Of a DNA stretch of 64,000 bases, positions 25,879 to 40,804 are shown in pieces. A program made the translations under genes and the position numbers. The notes below the pieces were generated by a model. The model was not told where the DNA came from. It saw only the letters and a list, made by a program, of their open reading frames with translations, and searched no databases. Origin of the DNA: Eledone cirrhosa (Eukaryota). The stretch covers positions 23,808,001 to 23,872,000 of the forward strand of contig OZ024763.1 of the NCBI GenBank assembly GCA_964016885.1, given 5' to 3'. Each line of letters begins with the position of its first letter. Positions within the stretch are counted from its first letter, which is position 1.

Positions 25879-26028
25879 ACGGCTAATTCTGTCCAGAATT
25901 AGCCGTCGAAACGGCTTGAGCTCAGCCGTCGGGGTCTTACTGGTTCCTATTACCCACTCTACTACCCCAAGTATTGAGTACTTTGGTGCGTTACGGTTCA
26001 CCTGGTTCCTTACCACATTTCCTTCGTT
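25879..26028 (+). mobile_element. Family P mini-element (3' half of a hammerhead-like motif plus tail) in (TA)n
   Basis: Hairpin acggctaattct gtcc agaattagccgt, then GAAA-CGGC-TT-GAGCTC...ttccttcgtta-(ta)n. Other copies: 27755-27893, 27953-28116, 32465-32520, 34611-34804, 43148-43348, 45146-45343, 49604-49808. Confidence 0.85.
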
Positions 26029-26154
26029 ATATATATATATGCTAGTGTGGAAAATTGGACGTTTAAACGATTATGATATATATATGTGCGTGCGTGCGTG
26101 CGTGGGTGTGTGCGTGTCCATGTATGTGTGTGTATGTGTATGAGTGTGTGTGTG

Positions 26155-26420
26155 TACGGATATGTAATATATGTCTGACGGGCGTATCCCTAAACAACTG
26201 TTTTATAGGGAACTTGTTCAAGGAAAAAGGTAGCAGGGTAAACCAAAGAAAAGTTTCAAGGATGACTTGAAGAAGAATTTGAAGAATGTCGGAACTGACA
26301 CCTGAAACCTGGAATGTCTGGCAGTGGGCTGCTCCACCTGGTGTTCAAAGATATGAGGCCGTGTGAAACCCTTTGAGCAAGATAGAGTAATGCAAGTAAA
26401 TATTAAGAGGAATATATGAA
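26155..26420 (+). pseudogene. Decayed RTE-clade LINE ORF fragment (region C-terminal to RT)
   Basis: From 26171: MSDGRIPKQLFYRELVQGKR*QGKPKKSFKDDLKKNLKNV...W...FEQDR, the typical RTE 'RIPKQLFYGEL..GKR..G.PKK.FKD' motif with in-frame stops. Confidence 0.85.
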
Positions 26421-26546
26421 GGAAAAAACACAGCCCCTTAGGGCATGGTTTCTCAAGCGAGGAAACCCTTTTTGGTTCAGAAACTTCCGGGAGAACCCCA
26501 AAGTATAATACTGTTATATGGTAGTATACATATATATATATATCCA

Positions 26547-26610
<64 letters not shown>

Positions 26611-26642
26611 TATAGTAACATATACACACATATACTGCTCCC

Positions 26643-26880
26643 TATAGGCTACTCCCTACTGACTATAGAACTTTCACTACATGTACTTGTACAGTTTGTG
26701 GCAGAATCTGCCTGTCAGAGGCTAGAGTTAAATCTCATATAAGAGCACACAATAGGCTACAGCCTACTGACTATAGAACTTTCACTACATGTACAGTTTG
26801 TGGCAGAATTTGCCTGTCAGAGGCTAGACTTAAATCTCATATAAGAGCACATAACAGGCTACGCCCTACTGACTATAGAG
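26643..26880. repeat. ~110-bp tandem repeat, about 2.2 copies
   Basis: ggctac..cctactgactatagaactttcactacatgtac...aaatctcatataagagcaca is repeated. Confidence 0.85.
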
Positions 26881-27298
26881 CATACAAACTACTTCACCCT
26901 TATCAATGTCACATATGCTACAATATCTGTAAATCTGAAGCAGGTCTAAAGAGATATTTCATTATTCATCAAGATCAGACACCATAGGCAGTTCAAGCTG
27001 TACAAAAACTAATGTGATATTAAAGTGGACGGCGTTTTAAATGTGCGTCTGCTTTAAAAAGCCACATAAGGTCTCATGCCAGAACTGAGCATCACATACA
27101 TTGGAGTGGTCAAGCTTTGTATTGAGCAGACAAACAGTGTATGTATATATATATATATATGTATATCTCGTGTCCCCTTTATTTACGTGTCCCAACGACT
27201 TTTTTTAGCCGTTTCTCGCACCAACCGGAGGTATATGGTCTTTAAAGCGATGAAATACCAATGATGGTTGGAAGATCACTGATGAAGGACTAACTTTA

Positions 27299-27340
<42 letters not shown>

Positions 27341-27537
27341 ATATTAATAAATGGTAACTATATTTATAAAACCATATTTCAAGGGAAACCAAGGCAAATT
27401 ATGGTGCGCTTTCATCAGATAAAATACAGATTTGTTTTATAAATAAATATTGACATACCCGGAAAAAAGACAACCTTAACGGTTGGAGCTTCCTGGATAG
27501 ATATATATCTACCACTATATATATTTATATATATATA

Positions 27538-27740
27538 TAGTGGTAGAACACTGGAGGGTTATATCCGTAGTGGTAGAGCACTCAGTCCATGGGACGAGTT
27601 AGGTAGAAGTGGTTACACAACAGTTAGTTCACCATACCGAGAACAATTGTTTCACCGTAGCGGATCCTTTACGAGCTGAGGAACCGCGAAGGTGAAACAA
27701 TTGTTCTCGGTGTGGTGAACTAACTGTTGTGTAACCACTT
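27538..27740 (-). mobile_element. Fold-back mini-element turning at a hammerhead-like stem II
   Basis: Inverted arms 27607-27653 / 27694-27740 surround an imperfect hairpin; GAAA-CAATTG-TT follows the hairpin. Confidence 0.75.
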
Positions 27741-28118
27741 TTATATATATATACAAAGAGGGTGTGGTAAGATATCAGGTGGACCATAATGCACCAGAGT
27801 ACTCAATACTTAGGGTAGTAGAGTGGGTAATAGGAAAAGAGTCAGGACCCGACGGCAGAGCTCCGGCCGCTTCGATAGCTCGATCCGAACTCATATATAT
27901 ATATCTATATATATAACTGAGTTCGGATATCTCTCTCTCTATATATATATATAAAGGAATTGTGGTAAGGAACCAGATGAACCATAACGCACCAGAGTAC
28001 TCAATACTTAGGGTAGTAGAGTGGAAAATAGGAAAAAGTATGACCCCGACGGCAGAGCTCAAGCCGTTTCGACGGCTATTTCTGGACTCAGCCGTCGGGG
28101 TCATACTTTTTCCTATAC

Positions 28119-28179
<61 letters not shown>

Positions 28180-28252
28180 AGTGTTATTTGTAAGCTACGA
28201 CATTGTGAAATGGACGCTATATTTCGAAAATATTGCTACTAGTTAATTATCG

Positions 28253-28292
28253 ATCCTTATATTTCGGGATTAAAATTCCTTCATCAGAAGAT
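28253..28292 (-). ncRNA. Minimal hammerhead ribozyme
   Basis: Minus strand: ATCTT-CTGATGA-AGGA attttaa TCCC-GAAA-TA-TA-AGGAT. Confidence 0.75.
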
Positions 28293-28329
28293 AAAAATAA
28301 GAAACTGGTTCGGAGCTGTGTATTTTGGT

Positions 28330-28740
28330 TGTACAAGTAGTAGTGATAGCAGTAGCAGTAGTAGGTGTAGTAGTAGTAGTAGATGTTACAGTGGTATTAA
28401 TTGAAGTAGTAGTGATGGTGGTGGTGGTGTTGGTGGTAGCAGTAAATGTATTACTGGTAGTAGGTGTAGTAGTAGTCGTAGTATCAGATATGGTAATAAT
28501 AGTAGTAGCAGCAGTAGTGGTAGTATTATTATTATTAGTAGTAGTATTAGATGTAGTAGTAGTAGTAGTATCAGATATGGTAATAATAGTAGTAGCAGCA
28601 GATATATTAGTAGTAGTATTAGTGGTGGTAGTAGTAGTAGTAGTATCAGATATAGTAGTATTAGTAGTAGTATTAGCAGCAGTAGAGGTAGTGGTAGCAA
28701 CAGCAGCAGTAGTAGTGGTAGTTGTAGTAGCAGCAGCAAC

Positions 28741-28777
<37 letters not shown>

Positions 28778-28867
28778 TCAGATATAGTAGTATTAGTAGT
28801 AGTATTAGCAGCAGTAGAGGTAGTGGTAGCAACAGCAGCAGTAGATGTAGTAGTGGTAGTAGTAGAT

Positions 28868-28899
<32 letters not shown>

Positions 28900-28928
28900 T
28901 GAGCTAACCACAACAGTAGCTGCAGCAG
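28330..28928. repeat. (GTA)n/(GCA)n repeats
   Basis: Directly visible. Confidence 0.9.
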
Positions 28929-29069
28929 TGTGCCCTTCCTCTCACCTCTCCTCCTACTGTAGTCAGTGTTTATCAGAGCGTGACTGTTGCTACTTCCTCA
29001 ACACGCCTCACTGATGTCTGTCTTATACAATGGCTGTTAGAAACATGTCGAGGCAGATAATACACACAT

Positions 29070-29461
29070 ATATATAGTTATATACACACACACACATATA
29101 CAGCTGCAGTTATATACACACACGTATACATATATACACGTGCACACAAATACAGCTACAGTTATATACACCCACCCACACACACACACGCACACAGCTA
29201 CAGTTATATATATATATATATACACACACATATACAGCTACAGTTATATACACACATACACACACGTATACATATATACACGTGCACACAAATACAACTA
29301 CAGTTATACACACACACACACACACACGTGCACAGCTACAGTTATATATATACATATATATACACACATATACAGCTACAGTTATATATATATATATATA
29401 TATACACATACACACATATACAGCTACAGTTATATATACACACACACGTGCACAGCTACAG

Positions 29462-29506
<45 letters not shown>

Positions 29507-29701
29507 CTCACACATATACAGCTACAATTATATACACACATACACACACGTATACTTATATACACGTGCACACAAATACAGCTACAGTTATATATACACA
29601 CACACGTGCACAACTACAGTTATATATATATATATATATATACACGCACACACACATATACAGCTACAGTTATATATACACACACACGTGCACAGCTACA
29701 G

Positions 29702-29743
<42 letters not shown>

Positions 29744-29985
29744 GTGCACACAAATACAGCTACAGTTATACACACACACACACGTGCACAGCTACAGTTA
29801 TATATATATATATACAGCTACAGTTATATACACACATACACACACGTATACATATATACACGAGCACACAAATACAGCTACAGTTATATATACACACGCA
29901 CACACACACAGACACATACACGTACACATATACACATACAGCTATAGTTACATAAACGCATACACACATACAGCTACAGTTACAC
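29070..29985. repeat. Minisatellite built on cagctacagttata plus TA/CA tracts
   Basis: Roughly 20 recurrences of cagctacagtta. Confidence 0.9.
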
Positions 29986-30009
29986 ACACACACACGTATA
30001 CATATATAT

Positions 30010-30064
<55 letters not shown>

Positions 30065-30757
30065 TACATATATACACATACACGTACATACACATACATA
30101 CATAGAAACATACACACACACGTATATACATACATTCAAACACACACACACATATATATATATACATATACATCTACACTTATACGTACACACATGGAAT
30201 GTACACATGCAAACATACTGCATTGGTATACACATACATACACACATAAATATACATCTACACTCACACGTACATACACACATCGAACTTACACATACAT
30301 AAGCATACAGGTGTACATACATAGACAGACGAAAACACACATACAGATGAACACACGTACTGACATGCGCATACACACTCGTTCATACAAACTCACGCAC
30401 TCAAACAAACGTCTACACTTAGTCATTCGTATACATATACACACATACATACACATATTCAAACACAGATTCAGCACACAACGTTACACATACAATACCA
30501 AAACAACTAACACATATATATATATATATTTTATTTCATTTACATACTTTCCTAGTTTTATTTTCGATGAAGGACTTTCGTCGGAAACTTGAACGCTTAT
30601 CCATTGCTGTTTGTAAATTGCGGGTGTGTATGATTGTGTATAGAAGATTATATTAATAAGAAGAATTCCAACTTTGTCTGATTTACTCGTTTTATTTACA
30701 ATCCTTTAAAATTTATAATGAAATAGTATGATAGAATATTAAATGTTAAGTGTTAAT

Positions 30758-30796
30758 TGAACAAGTACTTTCATGCTTTCGCAATCTTCAGGTTCA
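30758..30796 (-). ncRNA. Minimal hammerhead ribozyme (second copy of the 11646 family; element ~30677-30833)
   Basis: Exact reverse complement of 11646-11684. Confidence 0.85.
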
Positions 30797-31616
30797 TAAT
30801 GTGTGGTGACAGTCAAGTTTGCAATTTTCAACTATTTTTAATCCCTCTCTGTTAGCCTCTTCCTCACCCTTCACTCACTCACTCTCTGTTACTACCTCTC
30901 CTCCTTCTTCCAGTTTGACCTGTGCGTAATTCTTTTCTTTCGCACGCTTGGTCAGACTGGTTCGCCTTTTTTTCTCACTCTCGTCTACGATTTCACAGAA
31001 CTTATGTTCACCGAATTCACAGACTAGATTCCTTCTTCCTCCCTTTAGACCTGTGCGGAATTCCTTCCTTGCTCACATTCCAACCAGGTTTGATGGTCTT
31101 TATTCTCTCTCGTTCACGATTTCACCGAACTTATATTCATGGAAATTTGGGACTTGACTCGTTCTTCCTCATTTTTCGTTGCTTCACCATCTTTGTTTGT
31201 TTACACTCTCGCTGTCCCCTTTATTTACGTGTCCCAACGACTTTATTTAGCCGTTGCTCGCACCAACCTGAGGTATATGGTCTTTAAAGCGAAGTTATAC
31301 CTGTGATGGTTGGAAGATCACTGATGAAGGACCACTTTATTCATATATATATATATATATATATAAAGAATGAATAATAACAGGTAGACATCATAGACAG
31401 CAACCTCTCACCGTACGTCAACTCTATCCAGTGTAGTAATTAACCATTACTGCATCCAGGATAATCCTATACCTAATATATATATATATTTGCAATTTAC
31501 ACCTGATGATGCCGCCAAAGTCTTATGTCATGATCTGATGATGTAACCATACCATCGAATTACGTATTGCGATTTTGTAGCAGGAAAAGATATTTGGAAT
31601 CTGGCCTTATGTTGTC

Positions 31617-31689
<73 letters not shown>

Positions 31690-31877
31690 TGGGTTTTTCC
31701 GTCGATTCTATATATGAGGGTTCAACATGTACGTATGTATATGTATAAATGTATATATATGTGTGTGTATGTCAGTATGTGTTTGTGGATCTGTATGTTT
31801 TGAGTTATATGTGTTTGTGTATATATATGCATGTGTATGTGAATGTATCTATATATATATATATATATGCATGTGTG

Positions 31878-31935
<58 letters not shown>

Positions 31936-32301
31936 TGTGTGTATGTGTAGTATATATATATATATATATGTGTTTATGTATATATATATATATATATATG
32001 CATGTGTGTATGTGTATGTATATATGCAGTTATTGCAGGCTAAATTTCTGGAATGTTCTACATATATTTACAGTTCCATTAAAGGTCTCCACTGGCAATT
32101 TCCTAATTAGCAGTGCTCTTCCTGTTTTCTCTGTATGTATGTATGTATGTATGTATGTATGTATGTATGTATGTATGTATGTATGTATGTATGTATATGT
32201 ATGTATGTAAGTATGTAAGTATATGTATGTATGTAAGCATATGTCAAGTCACCAGTTGGTGCTACTGGTAACATGTATCCCAGTACAATCTGTTGGCAGC
32301 C

Positions 32302-32341
<40 letters not shown>

Positions 32342-32354
32342 TATATACACACAT

Positions 32355-32392
<38 letters not shown>

Positions 32393-32515
32393 GCACACAC
32401 ACATACATGTTGAACCCTCATATATATAATCGACGGAAGAGTCCATACATATATATATGTATGGATCTAGCTGTCGAAACGACCGGAGCTCAGCCGTCGG
32501 GGTCCTGACTCTTTT

Positions 32516-32557
<42 letters not shown>

Positions 32558-32821
32558 TAAAATGTTTGTGTGTTGTCTATGTGTGTGTATATGATGCATA
32601 TGGGTGCATCTGATCATATGACTGTAATATTGTTGCCCGTTGTAGTTGTTGTAGATGCTAATCCTCCCACCTTGTGTTAGCCATATCCACCAAGATCCTC
32701 TTCTCTCAGCTCCGTTAATCCCTTAATGCTACTGCCTATGCCAAAAGTCTTTTAACGTAAATGGAGGAATTGGTGGCCTATATCAAACTCATTTGCATTA
32801 ACTTCACATCTCTCTCTCTAG

Positions 32822-32856
<35 letters not shown>

Positions 32857-32874
32857 AGTTAATATAAATTAATA

Positions 32875-33461
32875 TCTATATATATAAAACTGTGGTTGTC
32901 TGTCTGTCTATCGATTTTTGGCACACATCTCCTCTTAGAATCTCTCACGGAATTGCACCGAAATTGCTATACTTGTACATTGAGCCCTAGCGAAGACATC
33001 GGAAAAAAATATTTCAAATTGACCCGCCCTATCTGACGAAATCGAATATAATGTATCGATTTTTGAGCGTAAGTGATCAGTTATTTCCCTTTGTTCTGTT
33101 TACATTGAGCGTCTGCGTGCAAAAATTAAAAAAATTACGCTGGCTTTCTCAGCGTTTAAAATGACATTAACACAATTCGAACACTAAGCTTCCGTTTTGC
33201 TTCATTTCCATTTAAAAGCCTTTTAAAACAATATTTTTACTTGAAAACAAGTCTATTTAAAGACTACGTAAAACAAGCAAATATTTCGTAAAAAAAAGCA
33301 AAAATTAAATAAGTTTATTTAAAATATATGTATCTGTAAATTTCGTTAGGCGTGCAGACAGACAGTCGTGCAGACAGACTTTAAGCCAAAAAAGAAACTT
33401 AACATTGTAACTTTAACACAGCTACTGAGCGACCCCGAGCAACGCCGGGCTTTACTGCTAG
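32875..33461 (+). mobile_element. Non-autonomous Helitron
   Basis: A|TCTATATATATAAAA 5' end, subterminal hairpin cccgagcaacgccggg, 3' CTAG|T, no TSD; interrupts a palindrome. Confidence 0.88.
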
Positions 33462-33660
33462 TATATGATAAAACACAAATACCAACATATAAGTGTTTGT
33501 ATTGTACAATTGTTTACAATACAAACACTTATATGTTGGTATTTGTGTTTTATCATATATATTAATTTATATTAACTTGTATTACACGGCTCAGAAAAAC
33601 TTCTTTCTTTGAGCTATTTCATTGTAAAGGACTGTTTGAGTTTAGAACTCATTATTCTTA

Positions 33661-33707
<47 letters not shown>

Positions 33708-33745
33708 ATATTAATAAATGGAAACTATATTTATAAAACCATATT

Positions 33746-33811
33746 TATTTTATTATACATATTTCAAGGGCAACCAAGGCAAATTATGGTGCGCTTTCAT
33801 CAGATAAAATA
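33746..33811 (-). ncRNA. Type I hammerhead ribozyme (family F)
   Basis: Minus strand: TATTTTAT-CTGATGA-AAGCGCACCA..TGGTTGCCCTT-GAAA-TATGTA-TA-ATAAAATA; a deleted copy lies at ~27372-27426. Confidence 0.82.
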
Positions 33812-33985
33812 CAGATTTGTTTTATAAATAAATATTGACATACCAGGAAAAAAAGAAAGACAACCTTAACGGTTGGGGCTTCCTGGATAGGAAACCCCAA
33901 CCGTTAAGGTTGTCTTTTGAGTGCTTTATATCAGTTATAAAAAAATTTTAAGTTTGTTGAATCCCAACAAATTAAATATAACCTC

Positions 33986-34048
<63 letters not shown>

Positions 34049-34092
34049 CGAAATATTAATAAATGAAGACGTTCACATAATCAAAATATATG

Positions 34093-34154
34093 TTTTATTA
34101 TATATATTTCGGAGGTACTGTGGTGTTTTTTCAGTACGTCCTCATCAGATAAAA
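34093..34154 (-). ncRNA. Type I hammerhead ribozyme (family F relative)
   Basis: Minus strand: TTTTAT-CTGATGA-GGACGTACTG..CAGTACCTCC-GAAA-TATATA-TA-ATAAAA. Confidence 0.85.
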
Positions 34155-34802
34155 TACATGAATTGATGTATGACATACCTCAACTGTCTTGATGGTTAAA
34201 TTCCAGTCTTGATGGTTCAATTCCAGTATTGTAAAACTATATTCATTGAGTAATCAATGAACCATATTAATCTTTGGTTATATATATATATAATGGACTG
34301 AAATTCTGATGAAACAATTGTTAATACGTGGATTAAATTCTTTTGTAACTGTTTACCTTCGTCCTATTTCTCTTCTTTGATTACACTCCTCGTTTGTTCG
34401 TGTTTCCACTACAGAATCCTTACCAACCTGTCGAGTCACCTTAACGTATGTTGAGAACTTTCCTCACAACTTGTTCTACCAAGCTTTGGAATACTCTTAA
34501 TAACTGAATATATATATTGGCAAGGAACAAAACAAAAACAAGGAGTGCAATACGAACAGTGTTGGTATTAGGTTCACGCTTGAGAGTGGGATATATATAT
34601 ATATATATATATAGGAAAATGTTTAACCCCGACGGCAGAGCTGAAGCCGTTTCGACGGCTATTTCTGGACTGAAATAGCCGTCGAAACGGCTTGAGCTCT
34701 GCCGTCGGGGTTCAACATTTTCCTATTACCCACTCTACTTCCCCAAGTATTGAGTACTCTGGTGGGTTATGGTACATCTGGTTCCTTACCACACTTCCTT
34801 CG

Positions 34803-34854
<52 letters not shown>

Positions 34855-35067
34855 ATGAAAAAATGACCTACACATTAAAATACAACAGAGGGAATCATGA
34901 TAGTAATACTGATGATGTCACCGACCCCGTGTCTTGAACTCACTGTTGAAACGGCAAGAGCTCTTTATAATAGAACCATACTCTACTACTCCAAGTATCG
35001 AGTACTCTGTTCAGCAATGGTCTATCCAGTTTCAAATTGAATCCTTCCTCATATATATACCTATATA

Positions 35068-35162
<95 letters not shown>

Positions 35163-35324
35163 TTATATGTATATAGATTTATGGTACGTATATTTCACAT
35201 ATAATTTATTTTCATTATAAATTGTGAAATGTTTATTATTTTTATGTTATTTCATATTATCTAATTATACACTATATATTATTTTTATATTTCAATTGAA
35301 GTTTATATTATTAATTCTATATCA

Positions 35325-36300
35325 TTTTCATATTATTTAATACTGCTTTTATATCTTTAAAATATTGTTTTTATATCATTCAAGACTGTTTTTATATTAT
35401 TTATTTCTGTGTTTATATATTGTTTTAATATTATAACTGTTTCTACTTTAGGCACAAGGCCAGCAATTACCCAGTGCATTACTGGTACTTTATTTTATCG
35501 ATCCCGTAAGGATGAAAGGCAAAGTCAACCTCGGCGGGATTTGATCTCAGGTCGTAAGGGGACATAACTATGCTGGAAAGCATGGCGTCCGACCCTCTAC
35601 TAATACTGCTAAACGGTGGATTGGCAGTATCGGTAGAGCGTCAGACTGCTTTACAGCACAAAGTTACGGCCCTCTACGGACTGAGCTCAAATCCCGACGA
35701 GGTTAGCTTTGCCTTTCATACTTACGGGGTCGATGAAATAAAGTAACAGTAATGTACTGGGTATGTGCTGGCCTTGTGCCAAAAGTAGAAACATTATAAA
35801 GTAGAAACACTTTTTTGATATTATTCAATACTGTTTTTATATCTTTAAGTATTATTTTTATATTATTCAATACTGTTTTTATATCTTTAAGTATTATTTT
35901 TATATTATTCAATACTGATTTTATATCTTTAAATATTATTTTTATATTATTCAATACTGTTTTTATATCTTTAAATATTATTTTTATATTATTCAATACT
36001 GATTTTATATCTTTATAATTAATATTTTTATATCATTCAATACTGTATTCATATCTTTATAATATTGTTTTATATCATTCAATACTGATTTTATGTTTTT
36101 ATAATTAATATCATTTTTATATCATTTAATAGTGTGTTTATATATTTATAATCTATATTGTTTCTCTGTGATTGTTATCATTATATATTTATGATATTTT
36201 TATATTATTTAATACTGTATTTATATCTTTATAATATTGTTTTTATATCATTCAATACTGATCTTATATCTTTGTAATTGATATTTGTATTTTTTTAATA
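35325..36300. repeat. AT-rich ~41-bp minisatellite (ttttatattattcaatactgtttttatatctttaa..)
   Basis: Units flank both sides of the SINE pair. Confidence 0.8.
35432..35800. mobile_element. Head-to-head pair of family S SINEs inserted in an AT-rich minisatellite
   Basis: Minus copy 35432-35612, plus copy 35614-35797. Confidence 0.88.
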
Positions 36301-36414
36301 CTATGTTGTTATCTATATCTTTATATTATAAAACTCTATATTGTTATATATATTTTTATCTTACGTTAGCCCTCTCTTTCCGAGAAGCACACAAAACACA
36401 CACACACACACACA

Positions 36415-36466
<52 letters not shown>

Positions 36467-36627
36467 GCCACATAGCTCCCCGCCAACCCAGCCCAACAGA
36501 GTTTTTGGAACACTAACCGCTGCAAATGTAACGTGAAGAGAATCATGAGATGTGCAATCAAGTATCAAGATGGCGATCGTTTAATTTGTGCGTGTTTATG
36601 TTTAGTTCTTTTCTTTTTTTGCTTTCT

Positions 36628-36660
<33 letters not shown>

Positions 36661-37223
36661 CACACACACACACACACATATATATACACACTCATATATA
36701 CACGTACTCATATATACGCACTCATATATACACACACACACACACAGACACACATTCACAAACATACACACACATATATATAATTATATACATATATATA
36801 CTTATATGCTTATATATAAACCTATATATACACACACAACTATATATGTGTATGTATGTGTGTATATATATATGTGTGTGTGTGTGTATATATAATATAT
36901 ATAATATATATATATATATTTATATATATATATATATATGTTCTACTTTATCTTCTAATTTTAATTCTGATTTTAATTTCTTTCTTCCACTAAATTGATG
37001 GCTTAAGTAAATATTAGCTGGAAATGTAATTAATTAAATTTATATTAGAGTATATTATATAGATGGATGTATATACACGTTCACACACACACATATATAT
37101 ATATACGCGCGTGTGTGTGTGTGCGTATCTATCTCTCTCTATATATATATGCGTGCCTATATATATATTTATAAAAAGCTATGTGCATACGAGCATATAT
37201 ATATATATACTCACACACGCACG

Positions 37224-37362
<139 letters not shown>

Positions 37363-37873
37363 TAACATTTCACTATCAATTATATATCAAATTTATTCAC
37401 CACTAAAAATTTATAAAAACTACTTTCGAGGACAGCCTGCACTATATTTGATGATGATGATGATGACCACGATGATGGTGGTGGTGGTGGTGGTGGTGGT
37501 AGTTGGTGTTGATGAAATCAACAACAACAACAAAAATACCAATATGACAAAATTTGTGAAAACGAAAATCATCTCCCCCAAAAAATAATAAAATAAAAAT
37601 TAATTTTAAAAAAAGCAACATCTGAATTGAATTATCAGACGGAATCCCCAGAATCCCCTAATCCCTTTCTTAACACCAAACCAAATAATTTCTGATGAAA
37701 TTCCAATAGACAGGTTTGGGTTCTGGAGTTATATGGCGAGAGGCGGATGCTGATAAGAATCCCTTTCAGCTACATTTTGTCACGGCCTGTTTGTTAAGAA
37801 CCCTTGCTTTTAAATCGCTTTTTATTATCTCCCCCTTTTTTTTTGGTTCTTTGTTAAACACATATACATATAT

Positions 37874-37973
<100 letters not shown>

Positions 37974-38305
37974 ATATATATCCATATATATATATGTATA
38001 TATATATATACATCTATATATATCTATACATATAAATATCCATATATATATATATGTATATATATACATATATACATCTATATATATATATACATATAAA
38101 TATCCATATATATATATGTATGTATATATATACATCTATGTATATATATATATATACATCTATATATATATATATATATATAAATATCCATATATATATA
38201 TATACATATAAATATCCATATATATATATGTATGTATATATATACATCTATGTATATATATATATATATACCTCTCTCTCTCTATATATATATATATAAA
38301 TATCC

Positions 38306-38338
<33 letters not shown>

Positions 38339-38416
38339 TATATACATATATGATATATATACATATATATATATATGTGGATATACGTACACACACACAT
38401 ATACACACACACACAC

Positions 38417-38454
<38 letters not shown>

Positions 38455-38559
38455 AATAAATATATATATATAATAAAAAATATTTTTAAAATGTTCGTCA
38501 TGTCGTTAAAGTGCGTTTTCAAAGACAACATAACACAAATATTACAGTGAGAACAATAG

Positions 38560-39645
38560 AACAACAACCATAACAACAAAAACCATAACAACAACAACCA
38601 TAACAACTATAACAACGCCAACTACAAAAGTGACAACAACAACAACCATAACAACAACAGCCATAACAACCCCAACTGCAACAGTGACAACAACAGTAAC
38701 AACCACAACAACGCCAACTGCAACAGTGACAACCATAACAACCATAACAACAACGGTAACAACGTTAACTACAACAGTAACAGCAACAACAACCATAACA
38801 ACAACGGTAACAACGTTAACTACAACAGTAACAGCAACAACAACCATAACAACAACGGTAACAACCCCAACTGCAACAGTGTCAACAACAACAACAACCA
38901 TAACAACAACAACCATAACAATATTACACCATCCCCAGAGTCACACTCCACCACCACCACCACATTTACTACCACAGTCCCCACGACTACTACTACCCCC
39001 ACCACAGTCCGCTCCACCACCATCGCTAGTCACCACCAACATCACACCACCACCACCACACGACCACCACCACAGTCACCATCACACGACCACCACCACC
39101 ACAGTCACCATCACCATCACACGACGACCACCACCACCAGTCACCATCACCTTCACACGACCACCACCACCACAGTCATCATCACCATCACACCACCATC
39201 ACACGACCACCACGACCACCACCACCACAGTCACCATCACCATCACACGACGACCACCACCACCAGTCACCATCACCTTCACACGACCACCACCACCACA
39301 GTCACCATCACCATCACACGACGACCACCACCACCAGTCACCATCACCTTCACACGACCACCACCACCACAGTCATCATCACCATCACACCACCATCACA
39401 CGACCACCACGACCACCACCACCACAGTCACCATCACCATCACACGACGACTACCACCACCAGTCACCATCACCTTCACACCACCATCACACGACGACGA
39501 CGACCACCACTACCCCCCCCCCCCCCCCCGACTACCACCACCACCACCACCACCACCACCACCACCACTACTACCACTACTACTACTACTACTACCACTA
39601 CTACTACCACCACTACCACTACTACTACTACTACTACAGCCACTA
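38560..39645. repeat. (CAA)n/(CAC)n/(TAC)n compound repeats
   Basis: Directly visible. Confidence 0.9.
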
Positions 39646-40011
39646 TTGAAGTCTACATCGTAGCAGACATATTGACCGTGTGCTAGTGTTTTGTCAATGG
39701 CGTTGCTGAAATCGAACGCGAGGTCTCGTTAAGGTTAAAAGGATTGCTTATCTCATCGAACAATTTCATTAGCCAGAGAGCATCAGTGAAATATGTGCTG
39801 TCTGGGGGGGGGGGGTATAGTATGTGTGTGTGTGTGTGTGTATGAGTGTGTGTGTGTGTGTGTATGTGTGTGTTTACAGACACGCACACACATACATATG
39901 CACGCACATTCGGTATGTAGATATATATATATATATACATATACACACACACACACACATATATATATATGCACGCACAGAAACTCATTCTCATACGAAT
40001 ACAAACATACA

Positions 40012-40064
<53 letters not shown>

Positions 40065-40068
40065 ATAT

Positions 40069-40115
<47 letters not shown>

Positions 40116-40248
40116 TATATAATATATATAATATATATATATATAATATATATATATATAATATATATAATATATATATATATAATATATATATAATATA
40201 TATATATATAATATATATATATATAATATATATAATATATATATATAT

Positions 40249-40283
<35 letters not shown>

Positions 40284-40366
40284 ATATATATATATATAAT
40301 ATATATATAATATATATATATATATATTATATATATATATATATATATCCTGTGTATTTGTATGAT

Positions 40367-40425
<59 letters not shown>

Positions 40426-40725
40426 CAGACATAACCGCTTACTGAGGCTCATTTCGATGTTTGTTTTACAGGAATCTGTCTATAGAAGAACATAAATTTT
40501 AAAGATGGCAGCTAGCCAGTCTAGCGAAATACACAGAGTTTGTGTATATCTTTGTGTTCCTGTTGGTGTCTCGTCAGAGATTGTCGCGCCAGAATCACAG
40601 AGACTTCCATAGTTTGAAAAATACGGAAAAAAAAAAAAAACGAAACAAGCGAAAGAATCATATAGATTCCCAATATGAATCGACAAGCTGGTCCCATTTT
40701 ATCAAGCCCCACCGCCCTGCTATTA

Positions 40726-40804
<79 letters not shown>

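Noticed and set aside
30560-30595. Hammerhead (tcgatgaaggactttcgtcggaaactt)
   Set aside because: The core reads TCGATGA and stem II is mismatched; at most a decayed copy.
40460-40720. Possible exon after a ttttacag acceptor
   Set aside because: No recognisable protein similarity, early stops and no clear donor site.
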